64,000 nt of DNA from Candidatus Egerieisoma sp. (GTDB lineage: Bacteria > Bacteroidota > Bacteroidia > Bacteroidales > UBA932), in the NCBI GenBank assembly GCA_045613465.1, contig JAZLBB010000091.1, positions 23,021-87,020 of the forward strand. Direction: 5' to 3'. A program made the position numbers and the translations under genes. Below the pieces are notes generated by a model. That model was not told the origin of the DNA. It worked only from the letters and a program-made list of their open reading frames with translations, and made no database searches. Positions 1 through 8,371 of this stretch are shown piece by piece (position 1 is the stretch's first letter; every line of letters begins with the position of its first letter).

Positions 1-750
1 TGCCTCACCTTGCATAAATGAACATGAAGTGCCGGATGTAATTACATTCTGTTTGTAAAGATAATATGTAAGGGCAGCATTGGCAGTACCTGTGGCTGAT
101 TCTTCCGGGATGTCGTATAATGGGGCAAAGTTTCTCACATGTGCTGTGTATCCATCTTTAGAGAGAGCAAAAGCATGCACACCCACAACTTCCTTTTCTT
201 TACTTAGAGCTGATAGAGCTGCCATATCTGGATTTATGGCATCCAGTTCATCTAGGTTTGCCACTGGCATAATGATATCGGGAAGACCTGTTGAGATTAC
301 TAGTACAGGTAAAGTTGTCTTTTGTGTTGTATGATCCTGAAACATAATCTTATGCAACCTTTCAATGTCTGATACTGTTTCAATTGTTTCTGGTTTTGCC
401 ATTTCCATCATTATTTTATCACCTGTAACAATTTGCAAATCACCGGCAAGGGTGTGGTTTGTACATATTGCCCCTTTTTCTATCATCCCCTCTTCCATTA
501 ACACAGAAAAGGATGCAATTGTAGCATGTCCGCAAAGATCAACCTCTGCTGCAGGTGTGAAATACCTTATTGTAAACTCTGCAGGGCCATTCTGTTGCAC
601 AAATGCTGTCTCTGAATATCTTAGTTCGGCAGCAATTTTAATCATTGTTTTATCATCCGGAAAACTTGCATTCTTTTCAAGCAGTACTACTCCTGCAGGA
701 TTTCCTCCAAATGGCTTTTGTGCAAATGCGTCAACTATATAGTATCTCAT
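1..750 (-). CDS. PhzF-family isomerase-like protein (3' end runs off the window)
   Basis: Reverse-strand translation from ATG at 750 reads MRYYIVDAFAQKPFGGNPAGVVLLEKN...DLCGHATIASF...ESATGTANAALTYYL, typical of the PhzF/YddE family. It is open to position 1. The + strand ORFs at 80-334 and 365-742 are shadow frames. Confidence 0.75.
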   Translation of the reverse strand, partial: MRYYIVDAFAQKPFGGNPAGVVLLEKNASFPDDKTMIKIAAELRYSETAFVQQNGPAEFTIRYFTPAAEVDLCGHATIASFSVLMEEGMIEKGAICTNHTLAGDLQIVTGDKIMMEMAKPETIETVSDIERLHKIMFQDHTTQKTTLPVLVISTGLPDIIMPVANLDELDAINPDMAALSALSKEKEVVGVHAFALSKDGYTAHVRNFAPLYDIPEESATGTANAALTYYLYKQNVITSGTSCSFMQGEA

Positions 751-826
751 AATGTTTCTTCTTATTATTTTCAAAGTTATATATTTCTTTTTAGTGTAAA
801 AAGATAAATTTTAACGTATTTTTATT

Positions 827-834
827 TATATTTG
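827..834 (+). promoter_or_regulatory. Bacteroidota-type -7 promoter box TATATTTG (TAnnTTTG)
   Basis: Exact match to the TAnnTTTG consensus, 29 nt upstream of the ATG at 863. Confidence 0.45.
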
Positions 835-862
835 TTATCAATTATAACGATAATTCTTAAAA

Positions 863-2932
863 ATGATTACTAAAGAGCTTATAAATCCCAGAAGCATTGT
901 TGTTGTAGGTGGATCTGATGATTCTGCAAAACCGGGTGGAAATGCACTTAAAAACTTGATAGAGACAGGTTTTAAAGGGGATTTGTATGTTGTTAATCCT
1001 AAAAACAACGTTGTTCAGGGTATTCCTGCATATAAAAGCGTAATGGATTTACCTCAGGTTGATTGTGCAATATTGGCTATACCTGCCCAGATGTGCCCTT
1101 CTACAGTTGAGATATTGTGTGCTGAAAAAGGTTGTAAAGCTGTAATTATTTTTTCTGCAGGTTTTCACGAAGATGGCCACCAAGGGGCTTTGCTTGAACA
1201 AGAGATTGTGGAAACAGTAAATAAATATGGTGCATCTTTAATTGGCCCGAATTGCATAGGAATCATTACCAACCATTATGCTGGAGTTTTTACCAAGCCT
1301 GTAAGTAACCTTTCCCCTAAAGGAATAGATATCATTTCAGGTTCTGGAGCTACAGTTGTTTTCATAATGGAAGAGGCTGCCAAACGTGGATTGAAATTCT
1401 CTCATGTCTTTTCTGTAGGAAACAGTGCTCAGATTGGAGTTGAGGATTGTTTGGAGTATTTGGATCTTAATTATATTCCTGGTGAAAGTTCACCTGTAAA
1501 ACTACTTTATATTGAGAGTATAAACAATCCTGAGAAACTTTACAGGCATGCCAGATCGCTGATAAAAAAGGGGGTAAAAATCTCAGCAATTAAAGCTGGC
1601 TATAGCGATGCCGGAAGTCGTGCTGCATCTTCTCATACAGGGGCTTTGGCCTCACCTGATTTGGCTGTTGATGCTTTGTTTGCCAAAGCAGGAATTGTGC
1701 GTGTGTACAACCGTACAGAGTTGATAGATATGGCATCAATATTTTCACTTCCTGCACCTGGCGGAAACAATATTGCAATTGTAACACATGCTGGAGGACC
1801 AGCTGTAATGCTTACTGATGTCCTTAGTAGCAATGGGATAAATATCCCTCATCTGCATGGTGATAAAGCTGATGAGCTTTTAGGTAAACTGTATCATGGA
1901 TCATCTGTTGCAAACCCAATTGATTTTCTTGCTACAGGAACAAAAGAGCAGCTGGGGCATATAATTGATGCATGCAACAATGATTTTAATCAGGTTGATG
2001 CAATAGCTGTAATTTTTGGAAGTCCTGGTCTTGTAGACGTTTCAGATGTGTACAGCTTTATTTTGGAGAAAATGAAAGACTCTCCTAAACCTATTTATCC
2101 TATTCTAACTTCTGTTGTAAACGCGCAAGAAGGTATAGAGATGTTCAGGAAAAATGGAGGAATCTGCTTTACAGATGAATGTGCATTTGGTAAGGCATTT
2201 GTTAATATGCAGAAAGCATTGGAGAGCTCATACGAAGATACCCTTTACCCTAATATAGAAGTTGAAACAATACGCAATATTATTGATTCTTCTCCCGATG
2301 GGTATCTTCAACCAATACAGGTGCAGCAGATTCTTGATGCGGCAGGAATAAATAGAGTTAAGGAGTTTACAGTTGTATCTGAGGATGAGGCTGTAAAAGC
2401 AGCACATATGGCTGGTTTTCCTGTAGCTATGAAAGTTGTGGGGCCTGTGCATAAATCTGATGTTGGTGGAGTTGTCCTTGGTGTTGCCGATGAGGATACT
2501 TTGAAGAAAGAATTCAATAGGATGATGGATATTCCTGAAACTGTCGGGATACTGGTGCAACCTATGATTTCAGGTACAGAGGTATTTATTGGCGCCAAAC
2601 GTGAAGGTGGATTTGGTGCTTTGGTCATGTGTGGCTTGGGTGGTATTTTTGTAGAGGCAATTAAGGATGTTTCTACAGGTTTGGCCCCTTTCTCTACAGA
2701 ATATGCCACTAAGATGATTAAAAAACTCCGTGGATACGGAATTATTAAAGGGTTGCGTGGTAAAGAGGGGGTAAATGAACTTATATTTGCAGAAATGGTT
2801 TCAAGAGTATCAACATTGTGCCATTTCTTCCCTCAAATTCAGGAGATGGATATTAACCCTCTATTGGGAAATAGTGTAAATTTGATTGCAGTTGATGCAA
2901 GAATAAGGATAGATAACGGAAATGAAAAATAA
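863..2932 (+). CDS. ADP-forming acetyl/acyl-CoA synthetase (fused CoA-binding/ligase and ATP-grasp domains)
   Basis: 689 aa. N-terminal CoA-binding fold (IVVVGGSDDSAKPGGNALKNL) and succinyl-CoA-synthetase-like middle region. C-terminal ATP-grasp (AGFPVAMKVVGPVHKSDVGGVVLGV). Confidence 0.8.
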   Translation: MITKELINPRSIVVVGGSDDSAKPGGNALKNLIETGFKGDLYVVNPKNNVVQGIPAYKSVMDLPQVDCAILAIPAQMCPSTVEILCAEKGCKAVIIFSAGFHEDGHQGALLEQEIVETVNKYGASLIGPNCIGIITNHYAGVFTKPVSNLSPKGIDIISGSGATVVFIMEEAAKRGLKFSHVFSVGNSAQIGVEDCLEYLDLNYIPGESSPVKLLYIESINNPEKLYRHARSLIKKGVKISAIKAGYSDAGSRAASSHTGALASPDLAVDALFAKAGIVRVYNRTELIDMASIFSLPAPGGNNIAIVTHAGGPAVMLTDVLSSNGINIPHLHGDKADELLGKLYHGSSVANPIDFLATGTKEQLGHIIDACNNDFNQVDAIAVIFGSPGLVDVSDVYSFILEKMKDSPKPIYPILTSVVNAQEGIEMFRKNGGICFTDECAFGKAFVNMQKALESSYEDTLYPNIEVETIRNIIDSSPDGYLQPIQVQQILDAAGINRVKEFTVVSEDEAVKAAHMAGFPVAMKVVGPVHKSDVGGVVLGVADEDTLKKEFNRMMDIPETVGILVQPMISGTEVFIGAKREGGFGALVMCGLGGIFVEAIKDVSTGLAPFSTEYATKMIKKLRGYGIIKGLRGKEGVNELIFAEMVSRVSTLCHFFPQIQEMDINPLLGNSVNLIAVDARIRIDNGNEK

Positions 2933-2984
2933 TTTTGCTAAATTAGCACAATGGTATAGAGATCTTACACCATCAGGAAAAAGC

Positions 2985-3086
2985 ATGGTTGTATTGTGCG
3001 TTTTGTTGATCATTGGCATTATAATACGTTGGGATGCCACAATAGAAGGTATAGCAAGAGGCTTTGGCTTCTTTTTAAATAAATAA
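2985..3086 (+). CDS. Possible 33-aa hydrophobic small protein (MVVLCVLLIIGIIIRWDATIEGIARGFGFFLNK)
   Basis: Short ATG ORF in the gap between the acyl-CoA synthetase and korD. One predicted TM helix. No other support. Confidence 0.2.
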   Translation: MVVLCVLLIIGIIIRWDATIEGIARGFGFFLNK

Positions 3087-3108
3087 TAAATAGTTAAATT
3101 CAAATATT

Positions 3109-3330
3109 ATGGCAGTTAAAGGAGCTATTGTAGTAGATACAGAAAAATGCAAAGGTTGCAGTGTCTGCATTGCAAACTGTCCTACTCAGACAATTGCATT
3201 GTCAAAACAGGTGAATGGCAAGGGTTATAACTATGCATATATGGAGAACCCTGATGCTTGTATCGGATGTTCTAACTGTGCAACAGTTTGTCCCGATGCA
3301 GTAATTACAGTTTATAGAGTAAAAATATAA
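3109..3330 (+). CDS. korD: 2-oxoacid:ferredoxin oxidoreductase delta subunit (2x[4Fe-4S] ferredoxin)
   Basis: 73 aa with two CxxCxxCxxxCP motifs (CKGCSVCIANCP, CIGCSNCATVCP). First gene of a 4-gene KOR/VOR-type cluster. Confidence 0.85.
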   Translation: MAVKGAIVVDTEKCKGCSVCIANCPTQTIALSKQVNGKGYNYAYMENPDACIGCSNCATVCPDAVITVYRVKI

Positions 3331-3341
3331 AAATTAAGGAT

Positions 3342-4421
3342 ATGGCTGAAAAGATACTAATGAAGGGTAACGAGGCTATTGCACACGGAGCTATCCGTTG
3401 TGGTGCAGATGGCTATTTCGGCTACCCTATCACTCCACAATCTGAGGTTATGGAGACACTTATGGAAGAGAAGCCTTGGGAAACAACCGGAATGGTAGTG
3501 TTACAGGCCGAAAGTGAAACCTCTTCCATCAATATGGTTTATGGAGGTGCTGCTACAGGCAAAAAGGTGATGACTTCATCAAGTAGCTTGGGTATAAGCC
3601 TTATGGCTGAAGGTTTGAGCTACCTTGCAGGTGCACAGTTGCCTTGTCTTGTTGTAAATGTAATGCGTGGAGGTCCGGGACTTGGAACAATACAGCCAAG
3701 TCAGTCTGATTATTTCCAGGCTGTTAAAGGTGGTGGACATGGAGATTACAAAATGATTGTCCTTGCTCCAGCATCGGCTCAGGATATGTATGATTTTGTA
3801 GGTTTGGGCTTCGATCTTGCATTTAAGTACCGTACTCCTGCCATGATCCTTTCTGATGGTGTTATAGGTCAGATGATGGAGAAAGTCGAGCTTGGTGAGA
3901 TGAAACCAAGAAGAACCCAACAGGAGGTTATAGAGCAATGCCCTTGGGCTCTTACAGGCAAGACATCTGACAGGAATAAAAATGTAATTACCTCATTGGC
4001 ACTTGATCCTCATGTTCAGGAACGGGTTAATATCGAACTTCAGGAAAAATATAAAGTAATTGAAGAAAATGAGGTGCGTTATTCAACATATATGACAGAG
4101 GATGCCGAGTATCTGTTTGTAGCTTATGGCAGTATGTCTCGAATTTGTGAGGCTGTTGTAGATCAGGCAAGAGAAGCTGGCTATAAGGTTGGTTTGCTAA
4201 GACCAATAACTTTGTTCCCTTACCCTACTAAACAGATTCAGGAACTTGTGCCTCAGTTGAAAGGTATCCTTACAGTTGAGATGAGTGCAGGTCAGATGGT
4301 AGAGGATGTGAGACTTGCTGTTAACGGTAAGGTCCCTGTTGAATTCTTTGGTAAGATGGGTGGAATTATCCCTGCACCAGAAGAAGTATTGGAAGTTTTT
4401 GTAAAATCATTCAATAAATAG
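3342..4421 (+). CDS. korA: 2-oxoacid:ferredoxin oxidoreductase alpha subunit
   Basis: 359 aa. N-terminus MKGNEAIAHGAIRCGADGYFGYPITPQSE is typical of the pyruvate/2-oxoglutarate:ferredoxin oxidoreductase core domain. Confidence 0.9.
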   Translation: MAEKILMKGNEAIAHGAIRCGADGYFGYPITPQSEVMETLMEEKPWETTGMVVLQAESETSSINMVYGGAATGKKVMTSSSSLGISLMAEGLSYLAGAQLPCLVVNVMRGGPGLGTIQPSQSDYFQAVKGGGHGDYKMIVLAPASAQDMYDFVGLGFDLAFKYRTPAMILSDGVIGQMMEKVELGEMKPRRTQQEVIEQCPWALTGKTSDRNKNVITSLALDPHVQERVNIELQEKYKVIEENEVRYSTYMTEDAEYLFVAYGSMSRICEAVVDQAREAGYKVGLLRPITLFPYPTKQIQELVPQLKGILTVEMSAGQMVEDVRLAVNGKVPVEFFGKMGGIIPAPEEVLEVFVKSFNK

Positions 4422-4427
4422 AGAGTT

Positions 4428-5189
4428 ATGGATATAAAGGATATTATCAGACCGGAGAATATGGTATATGCCAAAACTCCTATTCTTACAGATGCTGTAA
4501 TGCACTATTGTCCCGGATGTTCACATGGTGTAGTACACAAAGTTATTGCGGAGGTGATTGATGAGATGGGAATTCAGGATAAAGCAATGGGAGTTTCACC
4601 TGTAGGATGTGCAGTACTTGCATATAATTACATTGATATTGATTGGCAGCAGGCTGCACATGGTAGAGCACCTGCATTGGCAACTGCAGCAAAACGTCTT
4701 AATCCCGACAAATATGTATTCACTTATCAGGGAGATGGAGACCTTGCATCAATTGGAACAGCAGAGGTAATGCATGCATGCAACAGGGGTGAGAATATAG
4801 TTATCATTTTTATCAATAATGCAATTTATGGTATGACAGGAGGTCAGATGGCCCCTACTACACTGCTTGGTCAGAAAACTGCAACAACTCCATATGGAAG
4901 GGATGCCAAACTTAATGGTTATCCTTTAAAGATTACTGAGCTTCTTGCTCAGTTGGAGGGTACCTGTTATGTTACACGTCAGTCGGCTCAAAACCCTGCT
5001 GCTGTACGTAAACTTAAAAAAGCCATCAGAAAAGCTTTTGAAAACTCAATGATGGAGAAAGGAACCTCTTTTGTTGAGGTAGTGGGTACTTGTAATTCCG
5101 GATGGAAACTTACACCTGTACAGGCAAACAAGTGGATGGAAGAGAATATGTTCCCATTCTATCCTCTTGGAGATATGAAAGACAGGTAG
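4428..5189 (+). CDS. korB: 2-oxoacid:ferredoxin oxidoreductase beta subunit (TPP-binding)
   Basis: 253 aa. Contains CPGCSHG cysteines and the TPP motif YQGDGDLASIG...NNAIYGMTGGQ. Confidence 0.9.
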   Translation: MDIKDIIRPENMVYAKTPILTDAVMHYCPGCSHGVVHKVIAEVIDEMGIQDKAMGVSPVGCAVLAYNYIDIDWQQAAHGRAPALATAAKRLNPDKYVFTYQGDGDLASIGTAEVMHACNRGENIVIIFINNAIYGMTGGQMAPTTLLGQKTATTPYGRDAKLNGYPLKITELLAQLEGTCYVTRQSAQNPAAVRKLKKAIRKAFENSMMEKGTSFVEVVGTCNSGWKLTPVQANKWMEENMFPFYPLGDMKDR

Positions 5190-5216
5190 TGTTGTTAAAA
5201 TTAAAATTCTAGAGAA

Positions 5217-5768
5217 ATGAAAGAAGAATTGATTATAGCAGGTTTTGGCGGACAGGGAGTTTTATCAATGGGTAAAATTCTTGCCTATTCCGGAATTATG
5301 CAGGATATGGAGGTTAGCTGGATGCCTTCTTATGGTCCGGAGATGCGCGGTGGTACAGCCAATGTTACTGTAATATTAAGTGAAAAGAAGATTGGATCCC
5401 CTATTTTGGGTAAATGTGATACTCTTATTGTCCTTAACCAGCAGTCTATGGATAAATTTGAGAGTTATGTAAAACCTGGTGGATTGCTTATTTATGATCC
5501 TAATGGTATAACCAGACATCCTGAGAGAAAAGATATCAATATTTGTACTATAGAAGCTGCAGAAGAGAGTGCATTGATGGGCAATCTTAAAGCATTCAAT
5601 ATGATTGTGCTTGGAGCATTCCTTAAAAAGAAACCTGTAGTCAGCATGGAAAGTGTTGTTAAGGGACTTAAAAAGTCTCTTCCTGAAAGACACCACCATC
5701 TTATTCCAATGAATGAGAATGCAATTACAGTTGGAATGAATAAAGTAGTTGATGTCAATACTTTATAG
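5217..5768 (+). CDS. korC: 2-oxoacid:ferredoxin oxidoreductase gamma subunit
   Basis: 183 aa. IIAGFGGQGVLSMGKILA...SYGPEMRGGTAN signature of the gamma subunit. Confidence 0.9.
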   Translation: MKEELIIAGFGGQGVLSMGKILAYSGIMQDMEVSWMPSYGPEMRGGTANVTVILSEKKIGSPILGKCDTLIVLNQQSMDKFESYVKPGGLLIYDPNGITRHPERKDINICTIEAAEESALMGNLKAFNMIVLGAFLKKKPVVSMESVVKGLKKSLPERHHHLIPMNENAITVGMNKVVDVNTL

Positions 5769-5790
5769 GGTATAGCTTATATTTATTATT

Positions 5791-5829
5791 CAAGAGGATG
5801 GCCAAAAGTCATCCTCTTGTTTCTTTTTT
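5791..5829 (+). terminator. Rho-independent terminator after the kor cluster
   Basis: Perfect 10-bp stem caagaggatg/catcctcttg with a 9-nt loop, followed by tttcttttttg. Confidence 0.75.
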
Positions 5830-5842
5830 GTATAAATATTGT

Positions 5843-5850
5843 TATATTTG
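5843..5850 (+). promoter_or_regulatory. -7 box TATATTTG
   Basis: TAnnTTTG match 20 nt upstream of the ATG at 5870 and downstream of the terminator at 5791-5829. Confidence 0.45.
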
Positions 5851-5869
5851 TTCTCGCAATTGTTTTAAA

Positions 5870-6163
5870 ATGGGAACTGAAACTCAAATAGTGGTTGGAA
5901 AGCTCAAAGGACATATTGAGCAAATTATTTCCAAATATGAATTGGCGCTGTCTGAGAATATTTCATTGAAGGAACAGTTGCAGAAAGTTTTGGAAGAGTT
6001 AGAACTGAAGAATAGCAGAATAAAGGATTTGGAGCAGAAAGTTGAGCAGATGCAGTTAGCGGACGTTTTTACTGCATCTTCAGATGATGTGAAGGAGGCT
6101 AAAAAGAGGATTGGGAAGATTGTGAAGGAGATTGATAAGTGTATATCAATGTTAAATGACTGA
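5870..6163 (+). CDS. Coiled-coil protein upstream of zapA (possible ZapB-like division factor)
   Basis: Heptad-rich sequence (LKEQLQKVLEELELKNSRIKDLEQKVEQMQ). Start moved from 5798 to the ATG at 5870 because 5798-5829 lies inside the kor terminator. Separated from zapA by 2 nt. Confidence 0.6.
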   Translation: MGTETQIVVGKLKGHIEQIISKYELALSENISLKEQLQKVLEELELKNSRIKDLEQKVEQMQLADVFTASSDDVKEAKKRIGKIVKEIDKCISMLND

Positions 6164-6165
6164 TA

Positions 6166-6468
6166 ATGGAAGAAGAGAAACAGAGGATAAAGATTACAAT
6201 TGCTGAAAGGCAATATCCGCTGACAATCCACCCGTCGGAAGAAGAAAGTATGCGTATTGCTGTGGGAAAGATTAGAGATATGGTGGAGTTCTATAAAAGC
6301 AAGTTCAAGGACAGGGATGTTCAGGACGCATTATCAATGTCGGTACTGCAGTTTGCAGTTAAATTAGTTAAGTTAGAACAAAATAAGGAACTTGACAATT
6401 TAGTAGAAGACCTTAAGGTTTTGGATAGGCAATTGGATGAATATATTGCCTCTACAGACAAATATTGA
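6166..6468 (+). CDS. zapA: Cell division protein ZapA
   Basis: 100 aa. IKITIAERQYPLTIHPSEEESMRIAVGKIRDMV resembles the ZapA N-terminal domain, followed by a coiled-coil tail. Confidence 0.7.
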   Translation: MEEEKQRIKITIAERQYPLTIHPSEEESMRIAVGKIRDMVEFYKSKFKDRDVQDALSMSVLQFAVKLVKLEQNKELDNLVEDLKVLDRQLDEYIASTDKY

Positions 6469-6497
6469 CATACTTTAATCGGTTACATATATTTTAG

Positions 6498-6685
6498 CCG
6501 TTGGATCATAGCTCTTTGCGAAAATCAACACTATTTACAGAACCGAGTGACCAACAGACAAAAACAGGCCTAGGTGACCCTTCGGGGGATTCCGTTTATC
6601 GGGACGTTGGAAGTTTGCGACTACAATTGGAGCTCAAATCTTACTTTTTAAGATTTTTCTGAAAACAGCTGGTCCAGCGGCTTTT
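6498..6685 (+). ncRNA. Candidate structured small RNA between zapA and rny (6S/SsrS-like or 3'-UTR-derived sRNA)
   Basis: 283-bp non-coding gap. Near-consensus -7 box TATATTTT at 6487-6494. C(UUCG)G-type hairpin ccc-ttcg-ggg at 6578-6587. 8-bp end-to-end pairing of gccgttgg (6498-6505) with ccagcggc (6673-6680), followed by tttta. Internal terminator-like hairpin at 6636-6660. The boundaries are guesses. Confidence 0.35.
6636..6660 (+). terminator. Terminator-like hairpin inside the zapA-rny spacer
   Basis: 8-bp stem aaatctta/taagattt with loop ctttt, running into tttttct. Confidence 0.5.
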
Positions 6686-6751
6686 ATTGTGCTTAAACGT
6701 GAACTTAAACTTAAATACATTATAAATAATTTTAGATAAAAGAGAGTAGAG

Positions 6752-8296
6752 ATGGAAACTATGACAATTGTGATTTTATCACTTTGTGGAGCTATCGCGG
6801 GATTCTTTACAGCATATTTTGTCGTAAACAATGTTGTGTTGAAAAAGAAAAAGGCACAGATCCTCAAAGAAGCAGAGACTGAGGGAGAGAACATCAAGAA
6901 GGAGAAGATCTTTCAGGCTAAGGAGAAGTTCTTGCAGCTTAAAAGTGAGCACGAACAGTTTATAAATGAGAAGAACAACCAGATTCAACAGCTTGAAAAT
7001 AAAGTTAAGCAGAAAGAGATTGTTGTTAATCAGCAGAACCAGGATCTTGTTAAAAAACAGAAAGAGGTTGATTTGATTAAAGAAAACCTTAAAAACCAGG
7101 TTGAGATTGTCAACAAGAAGAGTGAGGAGTACGAGAAACTTAAACAGGAAGCTATTGAGAAGATTGAGAACATTGCAGGTCTTACTGCTGCTGAGGCTAA
7201 AGCTCAGCTTGTTGAGACCATGAAAGATGAGGCAAGAACTCAGGCCATGTCTTATATCAATGACGTTATGGATGAGGCAAGGCTAACTGCTTCTAAAGAG
7301 GCAAAAAGAATTGTAATCAATACCATTCAGAGAACTGCTCCTGAGACTGCAATTGAGAATGCGGTTACAGTATTCCATATTGAGTCGGATGAGATTAAAG
7401 GTAGAATCATCGGTAGAGAGGGAAGAAATATTCGTGCTTTGGAGGCCGCTACAGGCGTTGAGATTGTGGTTGATGATACCCCTGAGGCAATACTTCTTTC
7501 AGCTTTTGATCCTGTAAGAAGAGAGGTTGCAAGACTTGCTCTTCATCAGCTTGTAACAGACGGCCGTATCCACCCTGCAAGAATTGAGGAGGTTGTTGCT
7601 AAAGTTCAGAAACAGCTTGAGGAAGAGATTCTTGAGACAGGTAAGAGAACTTGTATTGATTTGGGTATTCATGGCCTTCATATTGAGCTTATCAAGCTTA
7701 TTGGTAGAATGAAATACCGTTCTTCTTATGGTCAGAACCTATTGCAGCATGCAAGAGAGGTTGCAAATATCTGTTCTATTATGGCATCTGAGCTGGGATT
7801 GAACCCTAAAGCTGCCAAGAGAGCTGGTTTATTGCATGATATTGGTAAAGTTTCAGATGAAGATCCTGAGCTTCCACATGCTATTCTTGGTATGAAACTG
7901 GCTGAGAAATATAAAGAGAAACCAGAGATTTGTAATGCAATTGGAGCTCACCACGAGGAGGTTGAGATGACTTCTCTCCTATCTCCACTTGTATTGGTAG
8001 GTGATGCCATCTCAGGTGCAAGACCGGGTGCAAGACGTGAGGTTATTGAGTCTTACATCAAGAGACTTCAGGATATGGAGAACATTGCACTATCTTATCC
8101 AGGAGTTACTAAGACTTATGCTATTCAAGCAGGTAGAGAGTTGAGAGTAATTGTTGGAAGTGAGCAGGTAACTGACCAGCAGGCTGAGCAGCTTTCAATT
8201 GAGATTGCCAAGAAGATTCAGGACGAGATGGTTTACCCTGGACAGGTTAAGATTACTGTTATCAGAGAAACCAGATCTGTGAGCTTTGCCAAATAA
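6752..8296 (+). CDS. rny: Ribonuclease Y
   Basis: 514 aa. N-terminal TM helix, long coiled coil, KH domain ([15 protein letters not shown]), HD domain (LLHDIGK...GAHH). Confidence 0.95.
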   Translation: METMTIVILSLCGAIAGFFTAYFVVNNVVLKKKKAQILKEAETEGENIKKEKIFQAKEKFLQLKSEHEQFINEKNNQIQQLENKVKQKEIVVNQQNQDLVKKQKEVDLIKENLKNQVEIVNKKSEEYEKLKQEAIEKIENIAGLTAAEAKAQLVETMKDEARTQAMSYINDVMDEARLTASKEAKRIVINTIQRTAPETAIENAVTVFHIESDEIKGRIIGREGRNIRALEAATGVEIVVDDTPEAILLSAFDPVRREVARLALHQLVTDGRIHPARIEEVVAKVQKQLEEEILETGKRTCIDLGIHGLHIELIKLIGRMKYRSSYGQNLLQHAREVANICSIMASELGLNPKAAKRAGLLHDIGKVSDEDPELPHAILGMKLAEKYKEKPEICNAIGAHHEEVEMTSLLSPLVLVGDAISGARPGARREVIESYIKRLQDMENIALSYPGVTKTYAIQAGRELRVIVGSEQVTDQQAEQLSIEIAKKIQDEMVYPGQVKITVIRETRSVSFAK

Positions 8297-8316
8297 ACTC
8301 TTTGCAGATATACATT

Positions 8317-8352
8317 AAAGAAGGTGACTATAGTCACCTTCTTTTTCTTTTT
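8317..8352. terminator. Bidirectional terminator between convergent rny and the Omp85 gene
   Basis: Perfect 12-bp stem aaagaaggtgac/gtcaccttcttt with loop tata. T-run on the + strand and A-run upstream. Confidence 0.8.
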
Positions 8353-8371
8353 AATCTCTTTATATATTGTT

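Noticed and set aside
311-330. aagttgtcttttgtgttgta resembles the repeat arm acgttgtctttttgtaca, so it was considered as a third copy of the palindromic element.
   Set aside because: It is only a match of about 11-12 nt with a missing T. It lies inside the PhzF coding sequence and has no partner arm within 150 bp, so it is most likely chance.
80-742. Two + strand ORFs (84 and 125 aa) at the left edge.
   Set aside because: They are Ser/Ala/Ile-rich shadow frames. The opposite strand encodes a convincing PhzF-family protein from the ATG at 750 to the window edge.
2308-2709. 133-aa antisense ORF (with 2228-2560 and 1590-1833) inside the acyl-CoA synthetase gene.
   Set aside because: It lies entirely within a well-supported 689-aa gene, has no recognisable motifs and has the composition typical of antisense frames.
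6469-6751. Riboswitch or T-box leader for rny.
   Set aside because: I see no resemblance to riboswitch cores I can recognise, and a terminator-like hairpin lies about 90 nt before the rny start with further sequence after it. It is kept only as a generic structured-RNA candidate.
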